This document shows positions 26,011-35,211 of a stretch of DNA of 64,000 nt, in pieces. This DNA comes from Candidatus Iainarchaeum sp. (GTDB taxonomy: Archaea > Iainarchaeota > Iainarchaeia > Iainarchaeales > 1-14-0-10-31-34): positions 2,785 through 66,784 of the forward strand of contig JAFCDN010000002.1 of assembly GCA_017609625.1 (NCBI GenBank), in the 5' to 3' direction. The translations under genes and the position numbers were made by a program. Within the stretch, counting starts at the first letter, position 1; every line of letters starts with the position of its first letter. Under the pieces are notes generated by a model that worked only from the letters and a program-made list of their open reading frames with translations, did no database searches and was not told the DNA's origin.

Positions 26011-26225
26011 GCAGGGGTACCCAAGCGGTCAACGGGGCAGGACTTAAGAAACCTTTTTCAGAAAAAGTTTCATCAAAACTGCCTTTTTCACAAAAAGGCA
26101 AGCTGCCAAAAACGTTTTCGTTTCACGAAAACACGCAAAGCGTTTTTTGGTAAATCTTTTTTGAAAAAAGATTTTGGGAGATCCTGTGGCTTAGTGCCTT
26201 CGAGAGTTCGAATCTCTCCTCCTGC
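26011..26225 (+). tRNA. tRNA-Leu(UAA), class II with a long variable arm, containing a 132-nt intron at the canonical 37/38 position (26049-26180)
   Basis: Acceptor GCAGGGG pairs with CTCCTGC, discriminator A; U8, A14, G18G19 present; anticodon stem CAGGA/TCCTG; loop CTTAAG|A with anticodon TAA; 15-nt variable arm TGGCTTAGTGCCTTC; T-arm GAGAG-TTCGAAT-CTCTC; no encoded CCA. Confidence 0.8.
26049..26180 (+). other. tRNA-Leu intron composed largely of palindromic repeat units
   Basis: Contains AAACCTTTTTCAGAAAAAGTTT, a type-B unit (26076-26114), a CGTTTTCG...CGAAAAC hairpin and AAATCTTTTTTGAAAAAAGATTT. Confidence 0.65.
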
Positions 26226-26302
26226 ATAAACTTTTTAGAAAAAAGTTTAATCAAAAAAAAACCTTTTTAGAAAAAAGGTTGAACAAAAACAAAGTTTAAT
26301 CA

Positions 26303-26340
26303 AAACCGCCTTTTTAGAAAAAAGGCAGGTTGCCAAAAAA
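26303..26340. repeat. Type-B palindromic repeat, intergenic copy, inside a cluster of three hairpin units at 26229-26345
   Basis: AAACTTTTTAGAAAAAAGTTT, AACCTTTTTAGAAAAAAGGTT and CCGCCTTTTTAGAAAAAAGGCAGGTTGCCAAAAAA occur in series. Confidence 0.7.
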
Positions 26341-26357
26341 TAAAAAAACGTGAAAAT

Positions 26358-26714
26358 ATGAAAAGAACAGGGCCAACAAAAGAAAAAACAAAAAAAATTA
26401 TTTCCCTCTTAAAAAAAGAAGGAAAAAAGAAAAAAATCTGGAAAGAAATAGCTAAACAAGTTTCTGCTCCAAGAAGAAAAAGAGCCAGCATTAATTTATG
26501 GCAATTAGAAAAGCTCTCAGAAAAATTCCAGAACAAAACATTTGTTGTTGCAGGAAAAGTTCTTGGAAAAGGAGAAATAAACAAAACAGTGAACATTGCA
26601 GCATTAGAGTTTTCAGAAAAAGCAGGAAAAAAAATAAAAGAAAAAAATGGAAAAACATTAAGCCTGGAAGAAGCAGTAAAGATTAACTCAAAAGAATTAA
26701 TGATAGTAAAATAA
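26358..26714 (+). CDS. rpl18e: 50S ribosomal protein L18e (eL18)
   Basis: 118 aa; ...NKTFVVAGKVLGKGEINKTVNIAALEFSEKAGKKI... Confidence 0.8.
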   Translation: MKRTGPTKEKTKKIISLLKKEGKKKKIWKEIAKQVSAPRRKRASINLWQLEKLSEKFQNKTFVVAGKVLGKGEINKTVNIAALEFSEKAGKKIKEKNGKTLSLEEAVKINSKELMIVK

Positions 26715-26724
26715 TGGTGAAAAA

Positions 26725-27141
26725 ATGATAGTAGATGCAAAAGGAAAAGTAATGGGAAGGCTTGCATCAAAAGTAAGCGAAAAACTATTGAAAGGAGAAC
26801 GCATTGAAATAATAAATGCAGAAAAAGTTCTCATTACCGGAAAAAGAAAAGTAATTGTAAAAAGATACAAAGCAAAAAGAGATGCTTCAGTTAAATCAAA
26901 TCCAAGATATGGCCCAAAATATCCAAGAAAACCGGATGCATTGATGAAAAAAGCAGTTATTGGAATGCTTCCAAGAAAAACAAAAAGAGGAAGAGAAGCC
27001 ATAAAAAGACTGAAAGTTCATATTGGAAAACCGGAAGAAGTAAAAGGAGAATCTATTTCAATAAAAGAAGCAGAAATCAAAACAAACAAGAAAAAAATAT
27101 TTTTAGAAAAGATAAGCAAATCCCTTGGAGCAAAATGGTGA
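26725..27141 (+). CDS. rpl13: 50S ribosomal protein L13 (uL13)
   Basis: 138 aa; MIVDAKGKVMGRLASKVSEKLLKGERIEIINAEKVLITG... Confidence 0.9.
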   Translation: MIVDAKGKVMGRLASKVSEKLLKGERIEIINAEKVLITGKRKVIVKRYKAKRDASVKSNPRYGPKYPRKPDALMKKAVIGMLPRKTKRGREAIKRLKVHIGKPEEVKGESISIKEAEIKTNKKKIFLEKISKSLGAKW

Positions 27142-27145
27142 TTTA

Positions 27146-27670
27146 ATGCCTGAAGAAAAAAAAGAAGAAGAAAAAGAGAAAATGAAAAAAGAATTTGAAG
27201 AGATGACAAAAGAAACAGAAGAAAAAGAAAAGCAAAAAAAGAAAGGAAAGAAAAAAGCAAAGAGAAGCAAAAAATACGGTATGCTTGTAAAATCAAAGAA
27301 AAAAGAAGCAATCGCAAGGGCAGTTGTAAAAACAGGCAATGGAAAGATTACTATAAATAAAAGAAGCATTGAGTTCATTGAACCAGAATATGTAAAAGAA
27401 TTAATTTTAGAGCCAGTAAAACTAGCTGGAGATGCATTAAAAGAAGTAGACATAAAAATAAATGTTAAAAGCGGAGGCTTTATGGGCCAAGCGGTTGCTG
27501 CAAGAAGCGCAATAGCAAAAGCAATAGTAGAATACACTAACGACAAAAAACTAAAAGAACAGATGATAAAGTATGACCGATTATTGATAGTTGATGATCA
27601 TAGAAGAGTTGAACCAAAAAAACCTTTAGGAAAGAAAGCAAGGAAAAAAAGACAAAGCTCTAAGAGGTGA
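27146..27670 (+). CDS. rps9: 30S ribosomal protein S9 (uS9) with a ~45-aa K/E-rich N-terminal extension
   Basis: Core ...[27 protein letters not shown]...[12 protein letters not shown]; the extension is [20 protein letters not shown]... Confidence 0.85.
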   Translation: MPEEKKEEEKEKMKKEFEEMTKETEEKEKQKKKGKKKAKRSKKYGMLVKSKKKEAIARAVVKTGNGKITINKRSIEFIEPEYVKELILEPVKLAGDALKEVDIKINVKSGGFMGQAVAARSAIAKAIVEYTNDKKLKEQMIKYDRLLIVDDHRRVEPKKPLGKKARKKRQSSKR

Positions 27671-27678
27671 AAAGAAAA

Positions 27679-27873
27679 ATGATGATACCTGTGAGATGCT
27701 TTTCCTGTGGAAAAGTTGTAGGAGAATATTACGAAGAATTTGAAAAAAGAACTTCAAAAGGAGAGCCTGCAGAAAAAATATTCAAAGATTTAGGAATAGA
27801 AAGATACTGCTGCAGAAGAATGCTGTTAAGCCATGTGGATTTAATAGATGATATAATAAAATACAGCAAATAA
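27679..27873 (+). CDS. rpoN: DNA-directed RNA polymerase subunit N (Rpo10)
   Basis: [21 protein letters not shown]...[16 protein letters not shown] matches the Rpo10 zinc-bundle signature. Confidence 0.85.
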   Translation: MMIPVRCFSCGKVVGEYYEEFEKRTSKGEPAEKIFKDLGIERYCCRRMLLSHVDLIDDIIKYSK

Positions 27874-27885
27874 AAGGAGATTAAA

Positions 27886-28593
27886 ATGGAAAAAGAAACA
27901 ACAACCGAAACAGAAAGATACCTGAAAACAGGAGCACATATCGGAACAAAATACAAAACAGGAAATATGCTGAAATATATTTACAAAAGCAGAGAAGACG
28001 GATTAAAAGTAATGGATATTAAGACACTAGATGAAAGAATAAACATTGCTGCGAAATTTATTTCAAAATATGAAAAAGAAAAAGTAGTTGTTGTTTCAAG
28101 AAAACTATATGGAAAAACCCCAATAAAAGAATTTGGAAAAGCAACCGGAACAAAAGCAGTTCACGGAAGGTTTGTTCCAGGATCATTCACAAACCCTGAA
28201 GGAAAAAAATTTATTGAACTGGCTTTATTGATTGTAACAGAACCAGATACAGATTTTCAGGCAATAAAAGAAGCAAAAAAGTTGAAAGTTCCTATTATTG
28301 CATTATGCTCAACAAACAACTCAACAAAAGACGTTGATTTAGTTATTCCAGTGAACAATAAAGGAAGAAAAAGCCTTGCTTTAGTTTACTGGACGCTTGC
28401 AAAAATAATTTTACTTGAAAGAGAAGAAATAAAAAACGAAAAAGAATTCAAAAAAACAACTGAAGACTTTGAATACAAAATAAAGGAAGGCAAAGAAGAA
28501 CTAATGAAAGAAAGAATGGCAATGGAAAGCAAAAGAAAAGGCAAAGGAAGAGGCAGAAGAGGCCCTCCAATTAAAAGGCCTATGAGGCGCTAA
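27886..28593 (+). CDS. rps2: 30S ribosomal protein S2 (uS2)
   Basis: 235 aa; ...YLKTGAHIGTKYKTGNMLKYIYKSREDGLKVMDIKTLDERI... Confidence 0.9.
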   Translation: MEKETTTETERYLKTGAHIGTKYKTGNMLKYIYKSREDGLKVMDIKTLDERINIAAKFISKYEKEKVVVVSRKLYGKTPIKEFGKATGTKAVHGRFVPGSFTNPEGKKFIELALLIVTEPDTDFQAIKEAKKLKVPIIALCSTNNSTKDVDLVIPVNNKGRKSLALVYWTLAKIILLEREEIKNEKEFKKTTEDFEYKIKEGKEELMKERMAMESKRKGKGRGRRGPPIKRPMRR

Positions 28594-28595
28594 AC

Positions 28596-28690
28596 CTTTT
28601 TAAAAAAAAGGTTTAACAAAAACAAACTTTTAGAAAAAGTTTGATCAAAAAAACCTTTTAAAAAAAGTTTCACTAAAAAGATTAATGATA
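28596..28690. repeat. Intergenic array of three palindromic hairpin units (AAACCTTTTTAAAAAAAAGGTTT, AAACTTTTAGAAAAAGTTTG, AAACCTTTTAAAAAAAGTTTC)
   Basis: Same family as the 10953-10990, 13922-13950 and 26229-26345 copies. Confidence 0.65.
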
Positions 28691-28694
28691 AGGA

Positions 28695-29498
28695 ATGAAA
28701 AGAGAAGCGATTTTGAAAGGAAGCTTTTATCCTAAAACAAAAGAAGAAATAGAAAAGCAACTAGAAACTTTTTTTTCTAAAGTGAAAACAGAAAAAAAAA
28801 CTGATTTTATAATTTCACCCCACGCAGGAACAATTTATTCAGGGCAGACAGCAGCATATGCACACTCTCTGCCAAACAAACCAGAAACAATTGTAATTCT
28901 CTCTCCAAACCATACTGGATATGGAGAAGAAATTTCAGTTTATCCAGAAGGAACATGGGAAACTCCATTAGGAGAAACAGAAGTTGATACAAAAGCTGCT
29001 GAATCTATAGTGAAAAATTTTTCTAAAGCAAGAAAAGATGAATCAGCACATTTGCAAGAGCATTCAATTGAAGTCCAGCTTATTTTTCTTCAGTTTTTGT
29101 TTAAAAACTTTAAAATCATTCCAATCACTTTAATGACAGAAAAAGCTGAAGATTTAAAAAAGCTTTCAGATGCATTGCTCTCAGCAGAAAAAGAAAGCGG
29201 AAAGAAGTTTAGTGTGATTGCTTCAAGCGATTTTTCACACTTCATTTCAGCAGAAAAAGCAAAAGAAAAAGACTTTAAGGCAATAGAATTGATAAAAAAA
29301 ATAAATGTGCAGGGATTTCACTCACTGGTTGCAGAAGAAAGATTAAGCATTTGCGGGCATTCTCCAATAGAAGTTTTAATGAATTACTGCAAAAACAAAG
29401 GTTTAACAAAAGCTGAACTCATAAAATACAGTAATTCAGGCGATGTCACTGGAGACAAAAACGAAGTTGTAGCATATGCTGCAATAGGGTTTTTTTAG
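28695..29498 (+). CDS. MEMO1-family (AmmeMemoRadiSam system B-like) protein
   Basis: 267 aa; ISPHAGTIYSGQTAAYAH...IVILSPNHTG; conserved archaeal neighbour of rps2. Confidence 0.7.
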   Translation: MKREAILKGSFYPKTKEEIEKQLETFFSKVKTEKKTDFIISPHAGTIYSGQTAAYAHSLPNKPETIVILSPNHTGYGEEISVYPEGTWETPLGETEVDTKAAESIVKNFSKARKDESAHLQEHSIEVQLIFLQFLFKNFKIIPITLMTEKAEDLKKLSDALLSAEKESGKKFSVIASSDFSHFISAEKAKEKDFKAIELIKKINVQGFHSLVAEERLSICGHSPIEVLMNYCKNKGLTKAELIKYSNSGDVTGDKNEVVAYAAIGFF

Positions 29499-29505
29499 TG
29501 ATTAA

Positions 29506-30534
29506 ATGAAAACAGAAAAAAGAAAAGATAAACACATAAAAACTGCGCTGAAAAAAGAAAGCCAGTTTAAGAAAACAAACTTGTTTGAAGAAGTTGAACT
29601 GATTTATAATGCTTTAACAGATTTTGAATTAAATAAAGTTAAAACTTCAACAAAATTTTTTGGAAAAAAATTTTCTATTCCTTTAAGTGTAAGGCCAATC
29701 ACAGGCGGGACAGAAAAATCCTTCAAATTCAATAAAAATATTGCGCTTGCTTGTGAAAAAAAAACAATTGGATTTTCTTTGGGTTCAATGCGTACTGGGC
29801 TGGAAAAAAAATCAAAAATAAAATACTTTAAGTTCAGAAAATTTGCTCCAAGTGTTTTTCTGGAAGCCAATATCGGCGCATTAGAACTGCAAAAATATTC
29901 AGCTGAAAAAATTGATGATTTTGTCTCAGAAATTAAAGCAGATGCAGTTTCAGTTCATTTGAATATTGCACAAGAATTAATGCAGAATCCAAAAACAAAA
30001 GGTTTTTCCAAACAATTTGGAAATATAAAAAAATTCGCTGAAAAAAGCTGTTTTCCTGTAATAGTAAAGGAAGTAGGAAACGGAATTTCATTTGAGACAG
30101 CAAAAAAACTGAATAAGACTAAAGTGAAAGCAATAGACGCAGCAGGAAGAGGCGGAACTTCTTTTGTAAGAATCGATTCAATCCTTTATTCAAGAAAAAG
30201 ATTTAAAGAAACTTTTGGAGAGTTTGGAATCCCAACTGCAGCTAGCGTGTTAATGACAAAAAAAGCATGCAATAAAAAAATTATTGCTTCAGGAGGAATA
30301 AGAAATGGTTTAGATATTTGCAAGAGCCTTGTTTTAGGAGCAGATTTAGCTGGAATTGCAGTTCCTGCTTTACAGCAGGCAAAAAAAGGGGAAAAATCAG
30401 TTGAAAAACTAATTGAAGTTTTAGAACAGGAACTGAAAATCTCAATGTTTTTAATCAGCGCAAAAAATCTGAAAGAGCTGGGAAAAAAGAAATTTGTTTT
30501 GCAGAAAAATCTGCAAAAATGGACTGATACATAA
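29506..30534 (+). CDS. fni: Isopentenyl-diphosphate delta-isomerase type 2 (FMN-dependent IDI-2)
   Basis: 342 aa; ...AIDAAGRGGTSF...IIASGGIRNGLDICKSLVLGADLAGIA... Confidence 0.8.
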   Translation: MKTEKRKDKHIKTALKKESQFKKTNLFEEVELIYNALTDFELNKVKTSTKFFGKKFSIPLSVRPITGGTEKSFKFNKNIALACEKKTIGFSLGSMRTGLEKKSKIKYFKFRKFAPSVFLEANIGALELQKYSAEKIDDFVSEIKADAVSVHLNIAQELMQNPKTKGFSKQFGNIKKFAEKSCFPVIVKEVGNGISFETAKKLNKTKVKAIDAAGRGGTSFVRIDSILYSRKRFKETFGEFGIPTAASVLMTKKACNKKIIASGGIRNGLDICKSLVLGADLAGIAVPALQQAKKGEKSVEKLIEVLEQELKISMFLISAKNLKELGKKKFVLQKNLQKWTDT

Positions 30535-30593
30535 TTCTTTAACTGTAAAGAGTAAATTTATATAATGATTTGTGCATTTCATTAATTGATTTT

Positions 30594-31316
30594 ATGAACC
30601 CAGAGAAAGTCAGCCATTTAGTTTCTTTAGGTCTGACAGAATATGAATCAAAAGCACTTCTTTCTTTAACAGAAAAAGAATCTTTAGAGGCTCCAGACAT
30701 CAGCAGAAGAGGCGGAATACCAAAAACAAGAGTTTACGATATTTTAGAAAAGCTCGAAGAAAAAGGTTTGGTTATTTCAATGCAGGGAAGGCCGAAAAAA
30801 TACCAGGCAATCGAAACAGAAAAAATTGTCAGAAAACTGGTTGAAAAAAACAGGAAAAAATTCAAAGAGATAGAAGAAAATGCGCTTAAATTAAAAGAAA
30901 TGCTTTCTTTTGAGGAAAAAGAAGAAGCAAAAGAAAATATTCTAAGAGTAAAGCAGTTAACTGATTTTGACAAGATTTTGCAGCAAGAAGTTTTGAAAGC
31001 AAAAAAATCTGTAATAGGTTTTACTGAAATAAAGGAAAAAAACTTTTTACAGGAAGCACTGGAAAAAGCAGTTGAAAAAAAAGTTAAAGTTCAGCTTATT
31101 TCAAACAAAGGAACTGAAAATTTCTTTAATGAAAAAATTTCCTCAAAAAATTCTGCACATTCATTAAATGCATTTGTGATTGACGGAAAAAAAACTGTTT
31201 TAGGTTTGGATAGCTTTAATGAAAAAAAACCACACTACCATTTTGCTATACTGCAGAATAAAAGCCTTGCAGAAGCCATTACAAGCCATTTTAACGAGAA
31301 ATGGAACAAAAGATAA
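30594..31316 (+). CDS. TrmB-family transcriptional regulator
   Basis: LGLTEYESKALLSLTEKESLEAPDISRRGGIPKTRVYDILEKLEEKGLV is the TrmB N-terminal wHTH. Confidence 0.7.
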   Translation: MNPEKVSHLVSLGLTEYESKALLSLTEKESLEAPDISRRGGIPKTRVYDILEKLEEKGLVISMQGRPKKYQAIETEKIVRKLVEKNRKKFKEIEENALKLKEMLSFEEKEEAKENILRVKQLTDFDKILQQEVLKAKKSVIGFTEIKEKNFLQEALEKAVEKKVKVQLISNKGTENFFNEKISSKNSAHSLNAFVIDGKKTVLGLDSFNEKKPHYHFAILQNKSLAEAITSHFNEKWNKR

Positions 31317-31342
31317 GTATTTTAAATAAAGAAAAACAATGA

Positions 31343-31612
31343 TTGATTATGGAACCTTTCTTGGAAAAAATAAAAAAAGAAATAGAAAAAGGCTCAGTGA
31401 AAAGATACGGTACTTTTGTATTAATTTTTGTTACTGCTGCGCTACTTACTAATGTAATTGCAGGGGACCCTGTGGGAAACGCAATTCAGCCAAAAGATAA
31501 AACCTGTGAAGAAATAAAAGGAATATGCTCTGCAGAACCCTGTGGAGAAAGTTATACAGAACTGGAAAACTCCTGCCCTAATAAAGAATACTGCTGCAAG
31601 AAAAAAGCATAG
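31343..31612 (+). CDS. Small membrane-anchored Cys-rich protein (hypothetical)
   Basis: 89 aa; one TM, then CEEIKGICSAEPCGESYTELENSCPNKEYCC. Confidence 0.35.
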   Translation: MIMEPFLEKIKKEIEKGSVKRYGTFVLIFVTAALLTNVIAGDPVGNAIQPKDKTCEEIKGICSAEPCGESYTELENSCPNKEYCCKKKA

Positions 31613-31661
31613 AATTAAACTAATTTTCTTTAAAAGTAAATATGGTTAAGGGGAATTATAA

Positions 31662-33353
31662 ATGGATGAGAATCTGAAAGAACTTGCATTCAAATATGCA
31701 GTGAAAAACGCAATAGAACACGAAGGAAAAGCAAATTTAAAGGCAGTTATAGGAAAGCTTTCAGCAATAGATGCAGAATTTGGAAAAAACCTGAGTCAGC
31801 ATATAAAAGAATTAACAGAAATAGTTGAAGAAATAAATGAATTAAGCAAAAAAGAACTGAAAGAAAAATTCAACTCTTTTTCTTTTGATGAACTTCCAGA
31901 AAGAAAAGAAAAAGAAGAAATGCAGTTAGAATGGGGCGACAAAGAAAAAGTTGTTACTCGTTATGCTCCAAACCCTAATGGCCCTTTTCATTTAGGGAAT
32001 GCAAGAGCATTACTGAATTCTTTTGAGTATGCAAAAAAATACAACGGAAAATTTATTTTAAGGTTTGATGATACTGACCCAAAAGTAAAAAAGCCGATAA
32101 AAAACGCTGAACAGGTTTTCAAAACAGACTTGGAATGGTTAGGCGTAAAAGTGGATGAAACATATTTTGCTTCAGACAGAATGGAACTATACTATGACTA
32201 TATGAAAAAAATAGTTGAAAAAGGAAAAGCTTATGTTTGCAGCTGCAACAGAGAAGAATGGAAAAAACTTATTAACCAAGGACAAGCATGTCCTTGCAGG
32301 GAAAGAAAAGAAAAAGAACAAAAAAAAGAACTGGAAAAAATGTTTTCACATGAACTAAAAGAAGGACAAGCAGTTTTAAGGATTAAAACAGACTTAAATG
32401 CAAAAGACCCTTCTTTAAGAGACTGGTGGGCAGCAAAAATTGTTGATAAAGCAGAACACCCAAGAGCAGGAGACAAGTATTTTGTATGGCCTTCATATAA
32501 TTTTGCTTCAGCAATAGACGACCATGAAATGGGCGTTACATTGATTATTCGCGGGCAAGAGCATGCACAAAATGCAGAAAAACAGAAATTTTTGTATGAC
32601 TTTTTGGAATGGGAATATCCTCACACTTTCCATACAGGAAGGATTAAACTAAAAGAAATGGTTTTAAGCACTTCAAAAATAAAAGAAGGAATAGAAAATG
32701 GAACTTACACAGGCTGGGATGACCCAAGACTAGGAACAATTCAGGCTTTGCGCAGAAGAGGTTTTGTTGCAAAAACAATAAAAGAAATTATCAGAGAGAT
32801 TGGAGTTAAGAGTTCAGATGTTACAGTGGATTTTTCCAGAATAATTGATTTAAATAAAGGATTTATTGACAGCAAAGCAGACAGATATTTTTTTGTTGAC
32901 AAAGCAATCAGATTAGATGTAAATTTTGTTCCTGGAATAGAAATAGAAAAGCCATTGCATCCGGACTTTCCAGACCAGACAAGGACATTTTTATTAAAAG
33001 AAGGCTCGCAGAGTTTTATTATTTCAAGAAAAGATTCTGAAAGACTGGAAGAAGGAGAGATTGCCCGCTTGAAACATGCACTGAATTTTCGTGTAATAAA
33101 AAAAGAAGAAATGCAGATTTTCGGGGAGTTTGTCGGCACACAAAAACTTGAAAGCAAGCCATTGCTCCCGTGGGTTCTAGAAGAAACTACAGCAGAAATT
33201 GTAATGCCAGATGCAGTCAGAAAACACGGATTAATAGAAAAATTTATTTTAGATGAAAAAGAAAACTCTCATGTCCAGCTGGAAAACTTTGGCTATGCAA
33301 GGATTGACGAAATAGAAGACAAAAAAATAGTTTTATGGTTTACTCATAAATGA
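31662..33353 (+). CDS. gltX: Glutamyl-tRNA synthetase (archaeal type)
   Basis: 563 aa; HIGH-region RYAPNPNGPFHLGNAR; WPSYNFASAIDDHEMGVTLIIRGQEH; KMSKS-like VLSTSK. Confidence 0.9.
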   Translation: MDENLKELAFKYAVKNAIEHEGKANLKAVIGKLSAIDAEFGKNLSQHIKELTEIVEEINELSKKELKEKFNSFSFDELPERKEKEEMQLEWGDKEKVVTRYAPNPNGPFHLGNARALLNSFEYAKKYNGKFILRFDDTDPKVKKPIKNAEQVFKTDLEWLGVKVDETYFASDRMELYYDYMKKIVEKGKAYVCSCNREEWKKLINQGQACPCRERKEKEQKKELEKMFSHELKEGQAVLRIKTDLNAKDPSLRDWWAAKIVDKAEHPRAGDKYFVWPSYNFASAIDDHEMGVTLIIRGQEHAQNAEKQKFLYDFLEWEYPHTFHTGRIKLKEMVLSTSKIKEGIENGTYTGWDDPRLGTIQALRRRGFVAKTIKEIIREIGVKSSDVTVDFSRIIDLNKGFIDSKADRYFFVDKAIRLDVNFVPGIEIEKPLHPDFPDQTRTFLLKEGSQSFIISRKDSERLEEGEIARLKHALNFRVIKKEEMQIFGEFVGTQKLESKPLLPWVLEETTAEIVMPDAVRKHGLIEKFILDEKENSHVQLENFGYARIDEIEDKKIVLWFTHK

Positions 33354-33354
33354 A

Positions 33355-34302
33355 TTAGTTCTTTTTCTTTCTTCTTTTGTTTGGCCATCTTTTTTGTTTC
33401 TTTTTGGTTTTTAATTGGACTTCTCTCCCCCTGTTTCTTCTGTTAGTTCTCACTGAAGGATAAGCTTCTTTCTGTTGCATTAACGCTAAAGGGTCTTTGA
33501 AAACAAAATGAAATTTTCCGTTTTTGTCAACAGATTCTACAATAAGATTATGAAAAGCAGGAGTGCTAAAAGCAGGGCCTGTAAAATCAAACATAAAATT
33601 TGAGTTTAAAAATCTTTTTCTAGCATTATTTTTAAATTCTGAACTTGCCGTCTCTAAGTCTTCTATTGCCTGAGTGGCAATTGATTCAAGAGCTCTTGCA
33701 AGTTGTTGGTTAAAAAGTTGTTTAAGACTGTCTGATTTTAAGGGAGGGTATAATTTTTGTTTTTCAATAAATCTTTGACAGCGCGCATCAGCGAACTTTC
33801 CTCTTTTTGAGGCCCCTTGCCTAAGATAACGAATTAGCTCTAAAGCATTTGGTTTATCCAAAAATTCTTCAATAATAAAATTTTCTGCAGCACTGGCTAT
33901 ACTTGTGTTTACCCTATAGATTTTAACAGGTCTCAAAAAATAGTCAGTTATTCTGATTCCTGACCTGTCTCTAGCATAAATTCTCTGAAACGCGCCTTTT
34001 CTTAAAAGTCTGGAATAGATTCTCCAGATGCCTCTTAAAGCAGAAGATTCCCCTAAAGTCATTTGCCTGGCAAGCCCTGGATCATCTGCACGGAAAGCAT
34101 CATGCTTGTGTTTTTTCCATGTAGCAGAAGGCGTTTTTTTAACAAACTTTTCTCCATTAATTGTAACCAATTCTATTGCCTTCTCAATTGGAATTAACAA
34201 ACCATGACTTCGCATTTCTATTCTTTTTCTTCCTGCAAACCATTTTGAATGAAACCTCTGCTTTTTCTTCAAAGATTTTCTCGCAGCTTTTCTTCTGGAC
34301 AT
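33355..34302 (-). CDS. Hypothetical Arg-rich basic protein, antisense between gltX and rpl7ae; compositionally atypical
   Basis: 315 aa; N-terminus MSRRKAARKSLKKKQRFH..., C-terminus ...RRNRGREVQLKTKKKQKRWPNKRRKKKN; Arg-rich in a Lys-biased genome; no recognisable family. Confidence 0.45.
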   Translation of the reverse strand: MSRRKAARKSLKKKQRFHSKWFAGRKRIEMRSHGLLIPIEKAIELVTINGEKFVKKTPSATWKKHKHDAFRADDPGLARQMTLGESSALRGIWRIYSRLLRKGAFQRIYARDRSGIRITDYFLRPVKIYRVNTSIASAAENFIIEEFLDKPNALELIRYLRQGASKRGKFADARCQRFIEKQKLYPPLKSDSLKQLFNQQLARALESIATQAIEDLETASSEFKNNARKRFLNSNFMFDFTGPAFSTPAFHNLIVESVDKNGKFHFVFKDPLALMQQKEAYPSVRTNRRNRGREVQLKTKKKQKRWPNKRRKKKN

Positions 34303-34420
34303 ACAAAAGACAGCGTAAAATACCTTTTTAAAGCTTTTTTTACACGCTTATTTAGTTCAAAATCTTATTTTGCCGATGACAATGAACAGCAAAGAACGGC
34401 TGTAAGGAGGTTGATTTTTA

Positions 34421-34786
34421 ATGGCAGAATACGTTAAGTTCAGCGTAGGCAAAGAACTAAAAGAAAAACAATTTGACTTGATAGAAAAGGCAAAAAAAAC
34501 AGGAAAAATCAGAATCGGAGTAAATGAAACAACAAAAGCAGTGGAAAGAGGAAAAGCAAAAATAATTTTCATTGCAGAAGATGTTTCTCCGGCAGAAATA
34601 GTAATGCATTTGCCTTTGCTGTGCGAAGAGAAAAAAATTCCCTTTAGTTTTGTTTCAACAAAAAAAGAATTAGGCGAAAAAACAGGAATCGGAGTTGGAA
34701 CAGCATCAATTGCATTAACAGAAGAAGGGAATGCAAAAAAAGAATTAGAAGAAGTAGTGAAAAAAGTAAATGAGTTAAAGAAGTGA
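34421..34786 (+). CDS. rpl7ae: 50S ribosomal protein L7Ae
   Basis: 121 aa; ...KKTGKIRIGVNETTKAVERGKAKIIFIAEDVSP... Confidence 0.95.
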   Translation: MAEYVKFSVGKELKEKQFDLIEKAKKTGKIRIGVNETTKAVERGKAKIIFIAEDVSPAEIVMHLPLLCEEKKIPFSFVSTKKELGEKTGIGVGTASIALTEEGNAKKELEEVVKKVNELKK

Positions 34787-34790
34787 TAAA

Positions 34791-35000
34791 ATGGGAGAAG
34801 AAAGAGGAACACCGGCAGAAGTAGTTGAAGTAATCCAAAGAACAGGAGTTCATGGAGAGATAATTCAAGTACTCTGCAAAATACTTGAAGGCCCTGAACA
34901 AGGAAGAGTAAAAAGAAGAAACGTAAAAGGAAACCTGAAAAAAGGAGATATAATAATTTTGCTTTCAACAGAAAGAGAAGCAAAAGAAATCAAAGCATAG
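34791..35000 (+). CDS. rps28e: 30S ribosomal protein S28e (eS28)
   Basis: 69 aa; [57 protein letters not shown]. Confidence 0.9.
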   Translation: MGEERGTPAEVVEVIQRTGVHGEIIQVLCKILEGPEQGRVKRRNVKGNLKKGDIIILLSTEREAKEIKA

Positions 35001-35005
35001 GGGGA

Positions 35006-35197
35006 ATGAAAGTGAACTGTAGCTTTTGTGGCAAAGAAATCAAAAAAGGAACAGGAACAATGTTTGTAAAAAAAGACGGCACTACATTTAATTTTTGTTC
35101 TTCCAAATGCGAAAAAAATTTACTAAAACTCAAAAGAAACCCAAGAAAAATTAAATGGACAAAAGAATACCACAAAATAAAAAAAGCAAAAAAATAA
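35006..35197 (+). CDS. rpl24e: 50S ribosomal protein L24e (eL24)
   Basis: 63 aa; [34 protein letters not shown]. Confidence 0.9.
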   Translation: MKVNCSFCGKEIKKGTGTMFVKKDGTTFNFCSSKCEKNLLKLKRNPRKIKWTKEYHKIKKAKK

Positions 35198-35211
35198 TAA
35201 AAGGTGATAAA

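Noticed and set aside
27873-27886. Expected rpoK and eno genes between rpoN and rps2, and mvk/ipk between the MEMO-like gene and fni
   Set aside because: No space or ORFs exist for them here. Their absence is noted as gene-order reduction rather than a feature.
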